From contig CAXXFV010000014.1 in NCBI GenBank assembly GCA_963674595.2, positions 96,001 to 160,000 of the forward strand: 64,000 nt of DNA. Reading direction: 5' to 3'. Shown here in pieces: positions 8,160 to 18,777 of the stretch. A model generated the notes under the pieces. That model did no database searches. It was not told the origin of the DNA and worked only from the letters and a program-made list of their open reading frames with translations. Each line of letters opens with the position of its first letter. Within the stretch, counting starts at the first letter, position 1. This stretch comes from a bacterium (lineage in GTDB: Bacteria; Zhuqueibacterota; Zhuqueibacteria; Residuimicrobiales; Krinioviventaceae). Both the position numbers and the translations under genes were made by a program.

Positions 8160-10130
8160 TTATTTTATCAATAGTACTTTCTCAGTCTGTGTTACTTTGT
8201 CTGTCTGCATGCGGATCAGATAGGCCCCGGAAGGCACCTTGCTTCCGTTTTCATTCGTTGCATCCCAAGACACCTGATAACTGCCTGCTGGTTGATTGCT
8301 GCTGTAAAGTGTCTTGATAAAAGAACCAAGGGTATTGTAAACGGATATTTCTACACGTTCCTCTTTGGCTAATTGATAGGCAACTGTCGTTGTGGGATTA
8401 AAGGGATTCGGATAAGCCGCAAACAACTGCGTGATCATGGGCAAAGCATCAATATGAACAGATGTGGAAGCAATCACATTCCGTTCCCCTTCAATACTAA
8501 CCTCGGACAGACGGTAGGTATAATCCGCCTCTGCTTCAACGGTTTTATCGATAAAAGCGTATTCGGTCCGGTTTGATGTACTGCCCTGGCCTTCAAGTAC
8601 GCTGTGGGTCTGGTACGAAGCAATTGTCGTCCAGGACAACTCGTCCAAAGAACGCTCCAGAACAAATCCCAAATTATCGGTTTCGCTTTCGGTGGCCCAT
8701 TCCAAAATCACAGCTTGTTCTTCACATTTAGCAAAAAAAGAGGACAGCTCAACCGGCAAGGAAGCATCTCCGTTGGAAAGCGGCTCATTACTGAGGCTGC
8801 CCGAGACGGTCCCTTTGTCCAGAGTCAAACCGGCGTTTTCCACAATCACTCCCTGGACAACACCTGTCGCATCCGAAGCAACATCACCTGTTAAAAAGTA
8901 CCATGTACCACCTATGCCGATTGAGCTGGAAAAACTTGAAAATGTTGCCGAATTTCCATCACCAGGGTCGCTTCCTACCGTAGAGCCGATTTGAGAATCT
9001 GATCCGAATGTTGCATCAGCAGATGCCCATAGTTTGAGATTAGAGAGTCCGGTACGTGTGCCGTTCAGTTTAATGGCGGCATCTGTCAGGGAAGCGCCCG
9101 CCACATCGCCGGTTAATTGAAAACGTCCGATCACCTGGTCTGTACTTCCTCGTGTGACGTCAGGCGTAAAGCTGCTGCCGTTGGTAAAAGTCACATTTAC
9201 GTTATCTGTGGTAAACGTTTCTATACCGCCATAAGCCGTACCCTGCGCGTTGATGGCGTAAGCCTGATAGTAATAGGTCGTTCCCGGTGCAAGTGATCCG
9301 ATGGATTCGCTGAATTCGCTGGTTTCAGCACCGTTTACATCCTGGGTGACACCTGCATCACCGATATAAGGTTTTGTATCGGTTGAAGAATACACCACGC
9401 CGCGTTCCGTGATGGCATTACCACCGTCACTCGTAATATTACCACCCAAAGTGGCCGATGTTTGGGAAACCGATGCTGCCGCCAAAGTTGTTAAAGCTGC
9501 TTCAGTCGGAGGTGTTGTACTTGCTTCATAATAAATATTAATATCATCCACAGCAAAATCATTACCTATGGCAGCAGACTGAGCATTGGTCAATGTAAGA
9601 GTTGGACGTGTGGAGGTTGCTGTAAACGAACCGTAAAGACGGGTCCAGATATGATAAGAAGTGCAGGTCAGGGTACCGATGACTTCCGCATCAGCCTTGA
9701 ATGTCAGAGAAGCATGGGCATTAGCATCGGTAACATCCATAATCCAGGCAGACAAATCATATTTTTGTCCGACAATCAAATCCTGACTGGGTGTTCCCTG
9801 CCAAACGATCGCTGAAGTATTGGTAGCCCCATTCGCAATGAACATGAGGCCGTCTCCGGTAGTGTGATCTGTTCCATCAACCCAACCCCAATGAAAATCA
9901 TAGGCGCTATAGCCGACACTATAAAATCCCTCAGATTCCAGTTCATTATTAACACCGGGTACATCAGCGACATAGCCATAATCACTCGAAAACGCGGTAT
10001 TACCGGATGAAAAATCGCCATTATTAACAACGATCCTTTCGAGAGCAATCGCGGGCATATTGGAACCGACAAACAATATAACTATTGCTACAATCGCACT
10101 GAATAAAATTCTAAATTGGTTTCTATCCAT
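8160..10130 (-). CDS. Secreted protein (CBM-like + FN3-like domains) with T9SS-type C-terminal domain
   Basis: DHTTGDGLMFIANG domain. FN3-like SATLGGNITSDGG..ITERGVVYS..GTTYYYQAYAIN. Shared tail. Confidence 0.85.
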   Translation of the reverse strand: MDRNQFRILFSAIVAIVILFVGSNMPAIALERIVVNNGDFSSGNTAFSSDYGYVADVPGVNNELESEGFYSVGYSAYDFHWGWVDGTDHTTGDGLMFIANGATNTSAIVWQGTPSQDLIVGQKYDLSAWIMDVTDANAHASLTFKADAEVIGTLTCTSYHIWTRLYGSFTATSTRPTLTLTNAQSAAIGNDFAVDDINIYYEASTTPPTEAALTTLAAASVSQTSATLGGNITSDGGNAITERGVVYSSTDTKPYIGDAGVTQDVNGAETSEFSESIGSLAPGTTYYYQAYAINAQGTAYGGIETFTTDNVNVTFTNGSSFTPDVTRGSTDQVIGRFQLTGDVAGASLTDAAIKLNGTRTGLSNLKLWASADATFGSDSQIGSTVGSDPGDGNSATFSSFSSSIGIGGTWYFLTGDVASDATGVVQGVIVENAGLTLDKGTVSGSLSNEPLSNGDASLPVELSSFFAKCEEQAVILEWATESETDNLGFVLERSLDELSWTTIASYQTHSVLEGQGSTSNRTEYAFIDKTVEAEADYTYRLSEVSIEGERNVIASTSVHIDALPMITQLFAAYPNPFNPTTTVAYQLAKEERVEISVYNTLGSFIKTLYSSNQPAGSYQVSWDATNENGSKVPSGAYLIRMQTDKVTQTEKVLLIK

Positions 10131-10312
10131 ATTTTTTAACTCCTGAAAAATTCTTCCCTATTTTTTTTGGATTAATGTTAAAAAATTCTTACATTATATC
10201 AATTAAAGTATGTTAAGATTGGTAAAACTTGACATTTTAACAAATCAGAGATAGAGGGCATTTGCACTGCCGTTTCCTGATTTCTCTCCAATATTCAAAG
10301 TTATACACTTTT

Positions 10313-12052
10313 ATGATAAAAAATTCGATTACGAGATGCATTCTAAGCATCATACTGTTTTTAGCTACAACGGTCCTATCAGCACATTCAAAACCTTTTG
10401 ATTTCAAGTCAGAGATAGGCCGTCTGGACTCACTTGGAACTCGTGAATTTCGTTTGGCGGTTGATTCGCTTTATTTTCAACTGGACCGTATCAATGATCC
10501 GGTGCAAAAAAAAGCATTAACAGAAAAAGTGTTTTCCATTACCGCCGCCAGGGATGAGATGGCCCATATACGATCACTGGCCTATCCGGTTATCTATCCA
10601 GATTCCATACGAGTCCGCTATCTGAATAAAGCATTCAAACTTGCTAAAAAATTAAAATCGAAAAAAGAAATGGCCTGGCTGGAAGAACGACGCTGCCGTT
10701 ACTATATGGAAAAGGCACGTTATGATTCTGCAATGATCAGCATATTAAAAATAAGGGATGATTACAGACCTGTTCCGGGCAGTGATGAATATATAAACAT
10801 TGAAAATCTTTTAGGGGACATATACTATAAAGCAGGCTTGTACGAACAGGCCCAAAAAGTATATCTGGGCATTCTAGATGAATATAAAAAGAGCAATCAG
10901 TGGAACTTTTGGCGCCCTTTTGTCATCATGAACAACATAGGCCTCGTAGGAATCAAAACAAAAAATTATCAGCTGGCTATTAACTGGTTCAATGAAACGT
11001 TACGAATGGCTGATATCCACCTGACGATTCCGGAAAAAAATAACATAGTAGCATTCACATTGGTAAAATTAATGGAATGTTATATAAAAATCGGTCGTAA
11101 TGCGGAGGCCCGAAAATATTTAAAAAAGGTGGAATCAATCCCACAAGATGAGATATATGCTGATGTTCAGCAGGAACTGATGTTTTGGAAAAGCAACCTC
11201 TTGTTAAAGGAAGGAAATCCTAAAGGTGCACTTGTTCAGGTGCAATCGCTTTTAACCTATGCAGATGAAAGACCGGCATTTGTAAGGTTTAATGCCGAAA
11301 TTGATTTGTTGCTGTCTCACATCTATAAAGCCTTGAATAATCCTGACAAGTCGTTACATTACCTGGAGAACTATACAGTCGTTCATGATTCTCTGAAAAA
11401 CAAAAGTCACTCTGTTCATTCATTAATGCTTCTTGCCAATAAGGACCTTCAGCTTGCTAAAGAAAAATTGCGGGCATCACATCGGGAAAAGATGTATATG
11501 ATCTCCATACTTTTATTTATGGTGATCGTTTTACTGGTTGTTTCACTGCTCTACTGGCGCCTCTATTTATCAAAATTACAACTTGTTAATAAAACTGTTG
11601 AAAAAGAAATTCAAAGGGAAAAACAAACCATACAAAAATATCAGGAGGATGTTGCCGGTCTTTCAACTGAAAAGTACCATAGTGAACTTGATGATTTGAT
11701 CGACCAATTACAAAAACTGGTTGCTGAAGAAAAAATTTATCTTGATCCGGAACTAAATATTCAAAAAACAGCTCAGTATTTATCAACAAACCGTACCTAT
11801 CTATCGACTGCCATAAATAGTTTTTATGATATGAATTTCCCTTCCTATATCAACCAACTAAGGATACAGGAATCCATAGACCTGATTTCAAAGGGTTATA
11901 CTTCAAAGCTCACATTAGAAGCTTTGGCAATGCAATCCGGGTTTTCCAGCCGGACTGTATTCATCACGGCCTTTAAAAAATATACCGGTGTCCCCCCTTC
12001 GTTTTTTATCAAAAATTATAAAAGTTACTTAAACAAACCGGTGCTGCAATAA
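10313..12052 (+). CDS. Membrane-spanning TPR-sensor / AraC-family transcriptional regulator
   Basis: N-terminal signal, TPR-like helices, a TM segment (YMISILLFMVIVLLVVSLLYW) and an AraC HTH (YLDPELNI...TNRTYLS...SGFSSRTVFITAFKKYTGVPPS). Confidence 0.9.
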   Translation: MIKNSITRCILSIILFLATTVLSAHSKPFDFKSEIGRLDSLGTREFRLAVDSLYFQLDRINDPVQKKALTEKVFSITAARDEMAHIRSLAYPVIYPDSIRVRYLNKAFKLAKKLKSKKEMAWLEERRCRYYMEKARYDSAMISILKIRDDYRPVPGSDEYINIENLLGDIYYKAGLYEQAQKVYLGILDEYKKSNQWNFWRPFVIMNNIGLVGIKTKNYQLAINWFNETLRMADIHLTIPEKNNIVAFTLVKLMECYIKIGRNAEARKYLKKVESIPQDEIYADVQQELMFWKSNLLLKEGNPKGALVQVQSLLTYADERPAFVRFNAEIDLLLSHIYKALNNPDKSLHYLENYTVVHDSLKNKSHSVHSLMLLANKDLQLAKEKLRASHREKMYMISILLFMVIVLLVVSLLYWRLYLSKLQLVNKTVEKEIQREKQTIQKYQEDVAGLSTEKYHSELDDLIDQLQKLVAEEKIYLDPELNIQKTAQYLSTNRTYLSTAINSFYDMNFPSYINQLRIQESIDLISKGYTSKLTLEALAMQSGFSSRTVFITAFKKYTGVPPSFFIKNYKSYLNKPVLQ

Positions 12053-12096
12053 CTTAATCTTTGCCTATTAACCATTCCTGCCAAAAAATCACAACC

Positions 12097-15000
12097 TCAT
12101 TTTATCAACAAAACTTTCTCAGTCTGTGTCACTTTTTCAGTCTGCATGCGAATAAAAAAAGTTCCGGAAGGCACCTTGCTGCCGTTTTCATCTGTGGCGT
12201 TCCAGTTAACCCGATAACGACCTGCCGGCTGAGTGCTGTAATTAAGTATTTTTATATGTGAACCAAGAGTGTTGTATACGGATATTTGCACATGCGTCTC
12301 TTTGGCCAGTTGATATGTAACTGTTGTCAAGGGGTTAAAGGGATTTGGATAAGCAGCAAATAACTGCATAGTCTCAGGCAAAGCTTCAATATGAACAGAT
12401 GTTGAAGCAATGACTTTCTGTTGTCCTTCAATATTAACCTCGGAAAGTCGATAAGTATAATCAGCTTCATTTGTAACGGCTTTATCGGTAAAAGTATATT
12501 CGGTCCGGCTTGATGTGGTTCCCTGTCCCTCAAGAGTATTGTGCGTCAGGTACGATGCAATTGTAACCCAGGACAGTTTATCCTGCGAACGCTCTAAAAC
12601 AAAACCAAGATTATCTCTTTCACTTTCGGTCACCCACTCCAAAACCACAAATTGACCTTCAGACCGGGCGGTAAAAGAAGATAGTTCTACGGGAAGAGAT
12701 ACATCCTCTCCGTTTAGCCATGAGAGAAAAGGATAGCCGTTGTTAATGGAACAACTGCAATCCATGTCCCAGTAATCATTATTGCCGTTCGCCGTTTCTG
12801 CTTCAAAATCCCAGTCAGAATCCGTAAAAGTAGCAAGCGTTTTCATTTCTGCTGTGATTTTAGGTGTACCTTTGCCGGTATCGTTTTGATCTGTGGTTTC
12901 CGAATCGTAAAAACAATCGGTCACACTGGCCGAATTAGAACCTACCAGCCCGCCTGTGGCAGAAGAACCGGAAACACTGCCCTTGGCATAACTTTTATTC
13001 AGCGTTGCGCCTGAGATATTTGAACCTGCCAAACCGCCCACATCTGATGTGCCGAAAACACTGCCGTTGGCATAACAGTTATTCACTTCAGAGCTAAACT
13101 GGTTGCTTCCCACCAGTCCACCCACATCCGTTGAGCCCGACACACTGGTATTGGCATAACACTGGCCAAGCAGTGCATTATAATTACTTCCGGCCAGGCC
13201 CCCCACATTGACATTCCCTGTTACACTGCCGGTCGTATAACACTTTTTCACGGTGCTGGATGTATGTATATGACCTATCAAACCTCCAACATTATTGACG
13301 CCGGTAATATTGACATTAATCAACCCCAAATTTTTTATTACAGCTCCATTTATATAACCAAACAATCCGATATAACTGGGTGCCGCTCTGTTGATGGTCA
13401 GGCTGTTGATGGTAAAAGATTGACCGTCGTAAGAGCCGGTAAAATCGTCCGAGCCGTTTCCAATGGTCAAAAATCCGGTACCGCCATTCCAGGTACTGGT
13501 TGCAGACGCATCAATGTCTGCGGTTTGTTTATAATACTTGTTCCAATAATTGATACTCAGGGACAGCCAGCCAAGGTTTTCCAAATTGGCAATCTGGTAA
13601 GGATCGCCGCTTGATCCGTCACCGTTTGCAGGCTGTGTAGCTATCCAGTTAAGTGACTCATCGCTGCCGTCCTGCCAACTCAGATAGGGATAACCGATGT
13701 TGATTGCCTGGTTATAATCCATATCCCAGACATCGTCGCTGCCGTTGGCGGTCTCTGTTGCAAAGTCCCAATTGGCATCGGTAAAGGTCAGATGAATTTT
13801 CATAAAAGTTGTTGTTGTGGGCTCTCCTTTACCGGTGTCGTTTTGCCCGGAGATCCATTGGTCATAAAAGCTCTCACTAACCGTGGAAACGTTATCGCCT
13901 ACGAGACCGCCTGTCTCGGATGAGCCAGAGACATTACCGGCTGCATAACATCTGTTGACTGTTCCTCCTGCATTCCGACCAATCAATCCGCCAACGTCTG
14001 ATGTGCCGGAGACATTGCCCCGCGCATAACATTTTTGTACTGTGGCGGAAATATAATTATAGCCCACCAGTCCACCTACAACCGAGGCGCCGTTAACGCC
14101 GGCCATAGAATAACACTGCTCAAGGGCAGCATTATAGCTCATGCCCGCAATACCCCCAACATTATTGTTACCGCTGACATTACCGGTAGAGTAACACTTT
14201 CTTACTGTCGAGCCGGCTCTATTGTTACCCACCAGACAACCCACATCATAATTGCCGGTAATATCAACATTGAGCAATGCAATATTTTCCAGGGTGGCAC
14301 TGTTTGTATAGCCAAACAATCCGACATCACTTGTTGATGACCGGTCAATGGTCAATCCGGAAATGGTATATAACTGGCCGTTATAAGATCCGCTAAATTC
14401 GGTGGTACTGTTACCAACGGGCGAAAATCCGGCGCCGTTGAACCAGGTGCCGGTTGTTGAAGCATCGATATTTTCAGTTTGAATATAGTGTTGGTCCCAT
14501 TTATTTGCGAACATATTGAGCCAGGCCAGCTCACTCAGGGATGCGATCTGGTAAGGATTGCTGCTGGAACCGGTACCCGCTGCCGGTTTGGCCGGAATAG
14601 ATACATCTGAACCATCCTGCCAACTGAGATAGGGGTAACAGCCACCAATGCTGCCGGTATAGTCCATGTCCCAGATGTTATTGCTGCCATTGTTTATCTC
14701 CACTTCCAGGTCCCACCCGGCATTGAAAAAGGTACTGAATGTCTGCATGGCCTGTGTGGTTTTGGGGACGCCCTTGCCGCTATTGTCACTTCGTCCGGTA
14801 GTTTCGCCGTCAAAAAAGCTGCTGGTCACGGTGGCAGAATTGGCCCCGACCAAACCGCCAACATCGGATGTACCGGTGACGCTGCCCCGGGCATAACATT
14901 TATCTATAGTTGCGGAGTTGGTGTTTGCACCCGTCAGACCGCCAATATCGGAAGTGCCGGAAATTTCAGCTGCGGAATAACAGTTGCGTACCATACAATT

Positions 15001-17601
15001 ATTATTGCTGCCGGTCACACCGCCCACATCAGACGTGCCGGAGACACTGCCGGTAGTGTAACACTGGACAATAGTGGCTGAAGAGTTTACCCCGGCTATT
15101 CCGCCCACATACTGGCCGCCGGTTATATCCGCACCGGTCAAAGCAATGTTTTTGATCTCGGCGCCATTCAAAAAGCCAAAAAGCCCAATAAAATTTTCAG
15201 ACGCCCGGCTTATTTGCAGGTTATCAATGGCATAGCCCTGGCCGTCATAAAATCCGCTAAAATCGTTTGCCAGGGCGCCAATGGGGGGAAATCCGGCCCC
15301 ATCATCCAGAGCACTGCTTTCCGAGGCATCAATGTCAGCAATTTGAATAAAATATTTACCCCATTCCGTCGAATTCTGGCTGACCCAATACAGATTTTCA
15401 AATGTGGCAATCTGGTAGGGAGCACCGCTGGAACCATCACCACTTGTCGGGGCCACCGGCAACATATCCAGTGAAATGGCAGCACCGTCCTGCCAGCTCA
15501 GGTAAGGATAGCCGCTGTTGATGGCCTCCGAATAATCCAAATCCCAGCGATCAGCCGTGCCGTTGTCGGTTTCCCGTTCAAAATCCCAGCCGGCATCAGT
15601 AAAAGTAGCGAGTGTTTTCATCTCGGCAGTGGATTTTGGTAGTCCTCTGTCTGAATCAATTAAACCGCAGAGTTCACTATCATAAAAACTGTTTTCCGCA
15701 GTGTTGCTGCCATCGCCTATCAAACCGCCAAAATCAAAGGAAGCGGAGACAGTGCCTGCTGCGTAACAATGGGCAACCGTTCCGGCATTGAGTCCAACCA
15801 GACCTCCGGTGTGATTATTCCCGTTTACAGTGACTCTTGCATAGCAATATCTCACTGTATTTGTCGAATATCCCACCAGCCCGCCGATGGCGAAATGTCC
15901 TTCAACACTGCCGTTTGCATAACTGTTAGAGACAATACCCTTGCTATTACCTAAAAGTCCGCCGACCTGGTTATTATTACTACTGACATCGGCGTTTGCA
16001 TAACATTTGTTGATGGTAGAATAATAATTCATGTTTCCCACCAATCCGCCTACATTATTTGCGCCGGTTACGGAACCCGTAGAATAACACTTGGAAATTG
16101 AAGAGTAGCCGTCACAGTTGCCAACAAGGGCGCCAACCTGATTATCACCGGAAACCGTTGCGTTTTTTATCCCCATATTTTGAATCTCTGCCCCGTTTGT
16201 ATTACCAAAAAGTCCCACATTATTTTGAAACGAATAATTAAGTGAGGCATTGGAAATTCGATAGTTCTGGCCATTATAGGTGCCGGAAAAAGAATTATTC
16301 GGGTTGCCGATGACAGGTAAACCTGCCTGACCATTGAATGTGTTTGCAGACGAGGCGTCAATGTTGGTAGTTTGAATGTAAAATTTGTTCCATTTATCAC
16401 GATTCAAACCGATCCACGCCAGATCTTCTATGCTTGTAATTTGGTAGGGATTGCCCTCGGTTCCGTCACCGGCAGGTGTGGCGGGAAACAGTGGCAGCGA
16501 TGTGGCTGCTTCGTCCTGCCAGCTCAGGTAAGGATAGCCATTGTTGGTTGCTCCTGAAAAGTCCATATCCCAAAGATCGCCTGTACCATTGTGTGTTTCC
16601 CATTCAAAATCCCAATCAAAATTGAGAAACGTCGACAATGTTTTCATTTCAACAGTTGATCTGGGCGTTCCTTTACCTGTATCGTTACAGCCGGAGGTTT
16701 GAGCGTCATAAAAGCTGTCACTCACGCTGCCGGTGTTTTCACCCACTAATCCGCCAAAGTCAAAATTTGCTGAAACACTGCCGGTAGAATAACAATGAGT
16801 AACTGTTACCCCGTTGTTAAAGCCCACCAGGCCGCCAGTATGGTTATTGCCCGAGACATCTCCGGCAGCATAGCAGTTGTTTATTTCTCGTTGTTGTGAG
16901 TAGCCTGCCAGACCACCTACGGCATAAACACCATGGACATTACCCTTGGCAAATGATCTTTTAATAATTCCTCTACAATTACCTATAAGTCCACCAACTT
17001 GATTTTGGTTACCTGTGACATCCGCGTTTGAATAACTGCTGACAATGGTTGCATAATATTCTAAATAACCCGCCAATCCACCAACATTGGAATGCCCGTT
17101 TACGGTTCCGGTAGAATGACACCCTCTTATTATAGAATAGCCGTGAACATTACCGACAATAGCGCCAACCTGATCATAACCGCAAATATTAACGTTTCTC
17201 ATGTCCAGGTATTGGATGGTTGCATCATTGACAGCGCCGAATAGTCCACAGTTGTTATTATCAGAACGATTGATATATAAATCAGTAATACGATAGTTCT
17301 GGCCGTTATATGAACCGGAAAATTTATGTGTTAGATTACCTATGGGCAAGAAGCCATCATATGTAAGATTGTCGTTTACATTCCAGGCATGGGTCTCAGA
17401 GGCGTCAATATTGGCGGTTTGCTCGAAATTGGAGTCCCATGAAGCCGAATTGGTGCTGATCCAGAGGAGGTGATCCAAAGTGGAAACCTCATAAGGAACA
17501 TCCGATGTGCCGGAACCCGGCGGTTGGGTGCCGTCGGCAAACAAATTATTAATCCCCAATATTAACAATACCACTATGAATCGCAATGTTTTCATATTCA
17601 T
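12097..17601 (-). CDS. Giant GLUG-repeat secreted protein (5 modules) with T9SS-type C-terminal domain
   Basis: Five modules each begin G.G[TS]...PY[EQ][IV] and end GYP[YF]LSW or similar. Many VGGLVG (GLUG) repeats. Shared tail. Confidence 0.9.
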   Translation of the reverse strand: MNMKTLRFIVVLLILGINNLFADGTQPPGSGTSDVPYEVSTLDHLLWISTNSASWDSNFEQTANIDASETHAWNVNDNLTYDGFLPIGNLTHKFSGSYNGQNYRITDLYINRSDNNNCGLFGAVNDATIQYLDMRNVNICGYDQVGAIVGNVHGYSIIRGCHSTGTVNGHSNVGGLAGYLEYYATIVSSYSNADVTGNQNQVGGLIGNCRGIIKRSFAKGNVHGVYAVGGLAGYSQQREINNCYAAGDVSGNNHTGGLVGFNNGVTVTHCYSTGSVSANFDFGGLVGENTGSVSDSFYDAQTSGCNDTGKGTPRSTVEMKTLSTFLNFDWDFEWETHNGTGDLWDMDFSGATNNGYPYLSWQDEAATSLPLFPATPAGDGTEGNPYQITSIEDLAWIGLNRDKWNKFYIQTTNIDASSANTFNGQAGLPVIGNPNNSFSGTYNGQNYRISNASLNYSFQNNVGLFGNTNGAEIQNMGIKNATVSGDNQVGALVGNCDGYSSISKCYSTGSVTGANNVGGLVGNMNYYSTINKCYANADVSSNNNQVGGLLGNSKGIVSNSYANGSVEGHFAIGGLVGYSTNTVRYCYARVTVNGNNHTGGLVGLNAGTVAHCYAAGTVSASFDFGGLIGDGSNTAENSFYDSELCGLIDSDRGLPKSTAEMKTLATFTDAGWDFERETDNGTADRWDLDYSEAINSGYPYLSWQDGAAISLDMLPVAPTSGDGSSGAPYQIATFENLYWVSQNSTEWGKYFIQIADIDASESSALDDGAGFPPIGALANDFSGFYDGQGYAIDNLQISRASENFIGLFGFLNGAEIKNIALTGADITGGQYVGGIAGVNSSATIVQCYTTGSVSGTSDVGGVTGSNNNCMVRNCYSAAEISGTSDIGGLTGANTNSATIDKCYARGSVTGTSDVGGLVGANSATVTSSFFDGETTGRSDNSGKGVPKTTQAMQTFSTFFNAGWDLEVEINNGSNNIWDMDYTGSIGGCYPYLSWQDGSDVSIPAKPAAGTGSSSNPYQIASLSELAWLNMFANKWDQHYIQTENIDASTTGTWFNGAGFSPVGNSTTEFSGSYNGQLYTISGLTIDRSSTSDVGLFGYTNSATLENIALLNVDITGNYDVGCLVGNNRAGSTVRKCYSTGNVSGNNNVGGIAGMSYNAALEQCYSMAGVNGASVVGGLVGYNYISATVQKCYARGNVSGTSDVGGLIGRNAGGTVNRCYAAGNVSGSSETGGLVGDNVSTVSESFYDQWISGQNDTGKGEPTTTTFMKIHLTFTDANWDFATETANGSDDVWDMDYNQAINIGYPYLSWQDGSDESLNWIATQPANGDGSSGDPYQIANLENLGWLSLSINYWNKYYKQTADIDASATSTWNGGTGFLTIGNGSDDFTGSYDGQSFTINSLTINRAAPSYIGLFGYINGAVIKNLGLINVNITGVNNVGGLIGHIHTSSTVKKCYTTGSVTGNVNVGGLAGSNYNALLGQCYANTSVSGSTDVGGLVGSNQFSSEVNNCYANGSVFGTSDVGGLAGSNISGATLNKSYAKGSVSGSSATGGLVGSNSASVTDCFYDSETTDQNDTGKGTPKITAEMKTLATFTDSDWDFEAETANGNNDYWDMDCSCSINNGYPFLSWLNGEDVSLPVELSSFTARSEGQFVVLEWVTESERDNLGFVLERSQDKLSWVTIASYLTHNTLEGQGTTSSRTEYTFTDKAVTNEADYTYRLSEVNIEGQQKVIASTSVHIEALPETMQLFAAYPNPFNPLTTVTYQLAKETHVQISVYNTLGSHIKILNYSTQPAGRYRVNWNATDENGSKVPSGTFFIRMQTEKVTQTEKVLLIK

Positions 17602-17656
17602 GTTCCTTAACCCGGTTTTTTCTAATAATTATAAAAATCAGTGTAATGGACTGTAA

Positions 17657-17986
17657 TTATAAAAAAGATAAAAGTTCCAGCAGGTTGTCTTTGGGAACCA
17701 AACCATCGGCACCAGCCCGAAGGGCTTTATCACGGTATTTTCCACCGGTATAATCTGAAATGGCGATAATCCTTGATTCAGGAAAATATTGTTTTATCTG
17801 TTCAATAATTTTAAAACATAGGGCTTTATTCATGTCCATCAATACAAAATCCGGTTTGAATTGACTGTATGCAAAAATTATATCCCGACCTTCATCAAGC
17901 TCTAAAAACCCGTCTTTATCTGTGGTAATAAAATGACGTAAAAAAGTCCTGAATCTTTTGTTATCGCTGATTAATAGATATTTCAT
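17657..17986 (-). CDS. Stand-alone response-regulator receiver domain
   Basis: KPDFVLMD...IIAIS...ALRAGADGLVPK. The acidic pocket is partly degenerate (SD instead of DD). Confidence 0.8.
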   Translation of the reverse strand: MKYLLISDNKRFRTFLRHFITTDKDGFLELDEGRDIIFAYSQFKPDFVLMDMNKALCFKIIEQIKQYFPESRIIAISDYTGGKYRDKALRAGADGLVPKDNLLELLSFL

Positions 17987-18123
17987 TATTTAAATTTTAT
18001 AAATTGTAAAAATAGTTCGGTTTAATGTAATTATTTTTACAAATAAATAAATGAGGGAGAGCGCACTATTTTCTATGCGTTAACGCACAAAAGAGGGGAA
18101 ATTTAACAGGCAGGTATAAACGT

Positions 18124-18777
18124 TCAGAATAATAAATCTTTATTTTGGAGAGAAAATTTTAATAAATTCCTTGAGCTGTTTAAATTCAACTTTGATGTAA
18201 TATTGACCTTGTGATTTTCAACAGTTCGCTTTGAAATAAACATAGTCTGAGCTATTTCCTGATTTGACTTTAATTCAGCAACCAGAGATAGTACTTTTTT
18301 CTCTGTTACAGTAAGGCTGCTAATCAGCTCAATGATTTTCTGATTCTCTGTTTTTACTTTAGCTTTATCAATCAAAAACTCATATAGATCATCACTTATA
18401 TAATGTTTCCCTGCTATTACATTATCAATCGCTTTGATAATATTAATAACAGCATCATCTTTTAGTACATAGCCGCGAATTCCAGAGTCCAACGCTTTAT
18501 AAAATATTTTTTTATCACGATGCATTGTTAATAGTATAATTCCAGTATCACAATTTTTCTCAACCAATTTAGACGCAATGTCAAGTCCGTTTAATCCGGG
18601 CATTTCAAAATCAAGGATCGCTATATCCGGATTATAATCATTGATCAGTTGTAAAGCCTCTGTTCCATCACCCGTTTCTGCTAAAATTTTATAAGAAGCG
18701 ATCGATTCAAGTTCACGGCGCACACCGGAAAGGAATAACGGATGGTCATCTGCAATAATAATTGTAGTTTCACTCAT
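18124..18777 (-). CDS. NarL/LuxR-family response regulator
   Basis: IIIADDHP...ILDFEMPGLNG...YVLKD, plus a LuxR HTH (LTVTEKKVL..SNQEIAQ..ISKRTVENH). Confidence 0.95.
   Translation of the reverse strand: MSETTIIIADDHPLFLSGVRRELESIASYKILAETGDGTEALQLINDYNPDIAILDFEMPGLNGLDIASKLVEKNCDTGIILLTMHRDKKIFYKALDSGIRGYVLKDDAVINIIKAIDNVIAGKHYISDDLYEFLIDKAKVKTENQKIIELISSLTVTEKKVLSLVAELKSNQEIAQTMFISKRTVENHKVNITSKLNLNSSRNLLKFSLQNKDLLF

Noticed and set aside
926-8994. Repeated small + strand ORFs (MSLCYFVCLH..., MIGNCRCGIK...)
   Set aside because: They are antisense shadows of the duplicated C-terminal coding region and recur only because that DNA is repeated.
905-12700. Diversity-generating retroelement explanation for the near-identical 3' gene ends
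   Set aside because: No reverse transcriptase is in the window, every copy lies inside an intact ORF, and the differences are block-like rather than adenine-specific.
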